Assembly: GCA_032718475.1 (NCBI GenBank)
Contig: JAUCBJ010002262.1
Coordinates: forward strand, 1-35,898
Direction of reading: 5' to 3'
Origin: Nemertoderma westbladi
Taxonomy: Eukaryota; Animalia; Xenacoelomorpha
Length of the DNA: 35,898 bases
The notes beneath the pieces were generated by a model, which ran no database searches, was not told the origin of the DNA, and saw only the letters and a program-made list of their open reading frames with translations. The translations under genes and the position numbers were made by a program. This document shows positions 34,006 through 35,898 of this stretch, piece after piece (positions within the stretch are counted from its first letter, which is position 1; every line of letters starts with the position of its first letter).

Positions 34006-34667
34006 CGACAAGTTTTAATGATTAACCATATTTCGTAAGATATATTTTAAAACAATTATTTATTAATAATGCAATAACTGAATAACCAGATAACGGAAAG
34101 ACAAACCGAATTGAAACTTTTAATTACTAATAATAATTGTGGTGAGAGGTGATGGAAATCAAGAATATATGTTATGTTATGGAGCACGCGTTGGTAGGCA
34201 CAGGAAAATGAATTGATGTCTGTTGAGATGTATTGAAGGAGCACTATTCCTTCTACTGGTCTACTATGTCCTTGTGTACTAGCCTAGGCACTGGCTTGGT
34301 CAATTACTTTAGCTTGCAATGTTAGTAATGTACAACTTCACGAAATATTATTGGGCACGGCTGCCCTTGCCATGCCTTAGGCTCTATGGGGGAGAATGGA
34401 ATCAGCGTATGAATTTACAATGTTAATTATGTTTAAATCAATGAAAAATACATTTATTAACGCAAATCACTTGAAAAAATAAAAAACTATAATGGAATGG
34501 GGTACATGGATTCCAGATATCTAATTTCTGTGCAAAATAACTTTAATCGTATGGTGCTAAATAATTAATTTCCATGGAGAGACCGTTCAAAATGACTCAA
34601 CCATACAATTTAGCTGAAGATATTAACTTCGATTATGGCTTCCGACATTTATGGCTTCCGACACACG

Positions 34668-34702
34668 TACACACACACACCCCCACACACACACACACAC
34701 AC
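34668..34702. repeat. Interrupted (CA)n microsatellite
   Basis: Seen directly in the sequence. Confidence 0.9.
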
Positions 34703-35192
34703 AGACTTTTGAAAAACGGCCAGAGTATAATTATATCAGTTCGCTGATGGCTCGCCATACGTGTCTCGCCCCACATACTTACAGAAAGGGAACAAAAATA
34801 AATAGTGCGCACAGTACGTACATATAAAGAACCAGAAGTCCTATATGCTACCGGTATGAAACAAAAGAAAACTCTCCGACCCCAACCCCCCATTGGCTGA
34901 AATATGGGCTAGATTTGAGTTACCTATGTGAGAACTCAATGTGTTAATTTTGCCTATATATACAATCACAATACTACACGCACATATGTGAAGGATTTAT
35001 TAACTTTTAAATAAATATGAAACTATTAGAATGAATGAGATTTGTCAAACTTAATGTTTGAGATCACATCACAATGAATAGCCTGTGTTGATTAGGTAAT
35101 TAATTTAAATATTTATATATTTATAATTACACTAGCCACAAATTAGGATAATAACTAATACAAAGTAAAGTAAAAATAATTCGAAATTACCG

Positions 35193-35898
35193 TTAACTCG
35201 CTTTAATTTCTCTATCTGATTCTAATTGTGTTTCTTTATCTTCTTCTGCTTGTCGGTCTAACAGTAAGTTCTGCGCCCTACTAGCGTTGATACGCAACTG
35301 AGTGAGTTGTACTGCTGTTTCAGATAACAGCATCCTGGGTTCATCCAACACAGTCCGGTATTCTACGGCGAGGTACGGCAAGCAATCCAAGAGTTTATCG
35401 TTAAGTTTCTCTAGAACGCTCTGTTTCACCAACGGGAGGTGTTCGAGATACAATATCTCAAGGCGATGAAGTTTATGCAACGAAGTGAGACTTCCAACAT
35501 CCAACTGTTTGCATTCGCTCAAATCCAAAACGGTCAAAGAATTCCTGAGGCAAACAAGACGATCCACGCAGAATGAATCGATTAAACGGCAGCCTCTGAA
35601 ACTCAGATACTGCAGCATCGGCATGTGGGATAGAAAGCGAAGGTCCCGGTATGAAATGTCCTTCCCGGACAAATCAATCCCCTCTAGGAATATCCTCCGC
35701 CTGTCCTCTGGACGATTGACTCTAGCTTTTAGGTGGTTTGCTAGTCGCCATGGGCCGACGGGCCCCTGGAACCAGGTGTCGTTACCTACGAACTTTACTC
35801 GGCCCCCGAGTTTGAGGTAAACTGAAGCCGCGTAGATTTGGAAGCCAAACACACGGATTCCTTCCACGTCCCGTTGTTTGGCGTGGAACAGCGTTCGT
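35193..35898 (-). CDS. DMAC2: DMAC2/ATP5SL-like leucine-rich-repeat mitochondrial complex I assembly factor, 5' end outside the window
   Basis: G....AA...LKLGGRVKF....W, LEGIDLSG..I.Y, L.F.GC..ID.FC..RL.....SL..LDLS.C, L..LH.L..L..L.L..LP.V follow the DMAC2/ATP5S family pattern. The frame stays open to the window edge. Confidence 0.78.
   Translation of the reverse strand, partial: RTLFHAKQRDVEGIRVFGFQIYAASVYLKLGGRVKFVGNDTWFQGPVGPWRLANHLKARVNRPEDRRRIFLEGIDLSGKDISYRDLRFLSHMPMLQYLSFRGCRLIDSFCVDRLVCLRNSLTVLDLSECKQLDVGSLTSLHKLHRLEILYLEHLPLVKQSVLEKLNDKLLDCLPYLAVEYRTVLDEPRMLLSETAVQLTQLRINASRAQNLLLDRQAEEDKETQLESDREIKAS

Overview
AT-rich eukaryotic (invertebrate animal-like) genomic DNA with five intron-poor host genes: an ABCC4/MRP4-like ABC transporter (join 4671..4847,11592..15203, +; about 1262 aa), an intronless FAM187A-like Ig/TSP1-like type I membrane protein with an extra C-type lectin domain (19429..21159, +), PDHX/E3BP (join 23674..24093,21796..22803, -), RWDD2 (26411..27364, +) and a DMAC2/ATP5SL-like LRR gene that runs off the right edge (-). 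The rest is dense with transposon debris: several copies of one RTE-like LINE family (one nested in an older copy with an 11-bp TSD, one ending in a 48-bp minisatellite made of its own RT sequence), tRNA-derived SINEs, a Gypsy integrase remnant, a TTAA-flanked Kolobok-like element, an Academ-like (XPG + Cys8) transposon and several foldback MITEs. I see no wholly new multi-gene system. The best candidates for something undescribed are the lectin-bearing FAM187-like receptor, the LINE-born minisatellite, and TA-CCGG-TA / TA-CAG-TA / TA-GGCC-TA scars that look like excision footprints. All family assignments come from motifs recognised by eye, without database searches.
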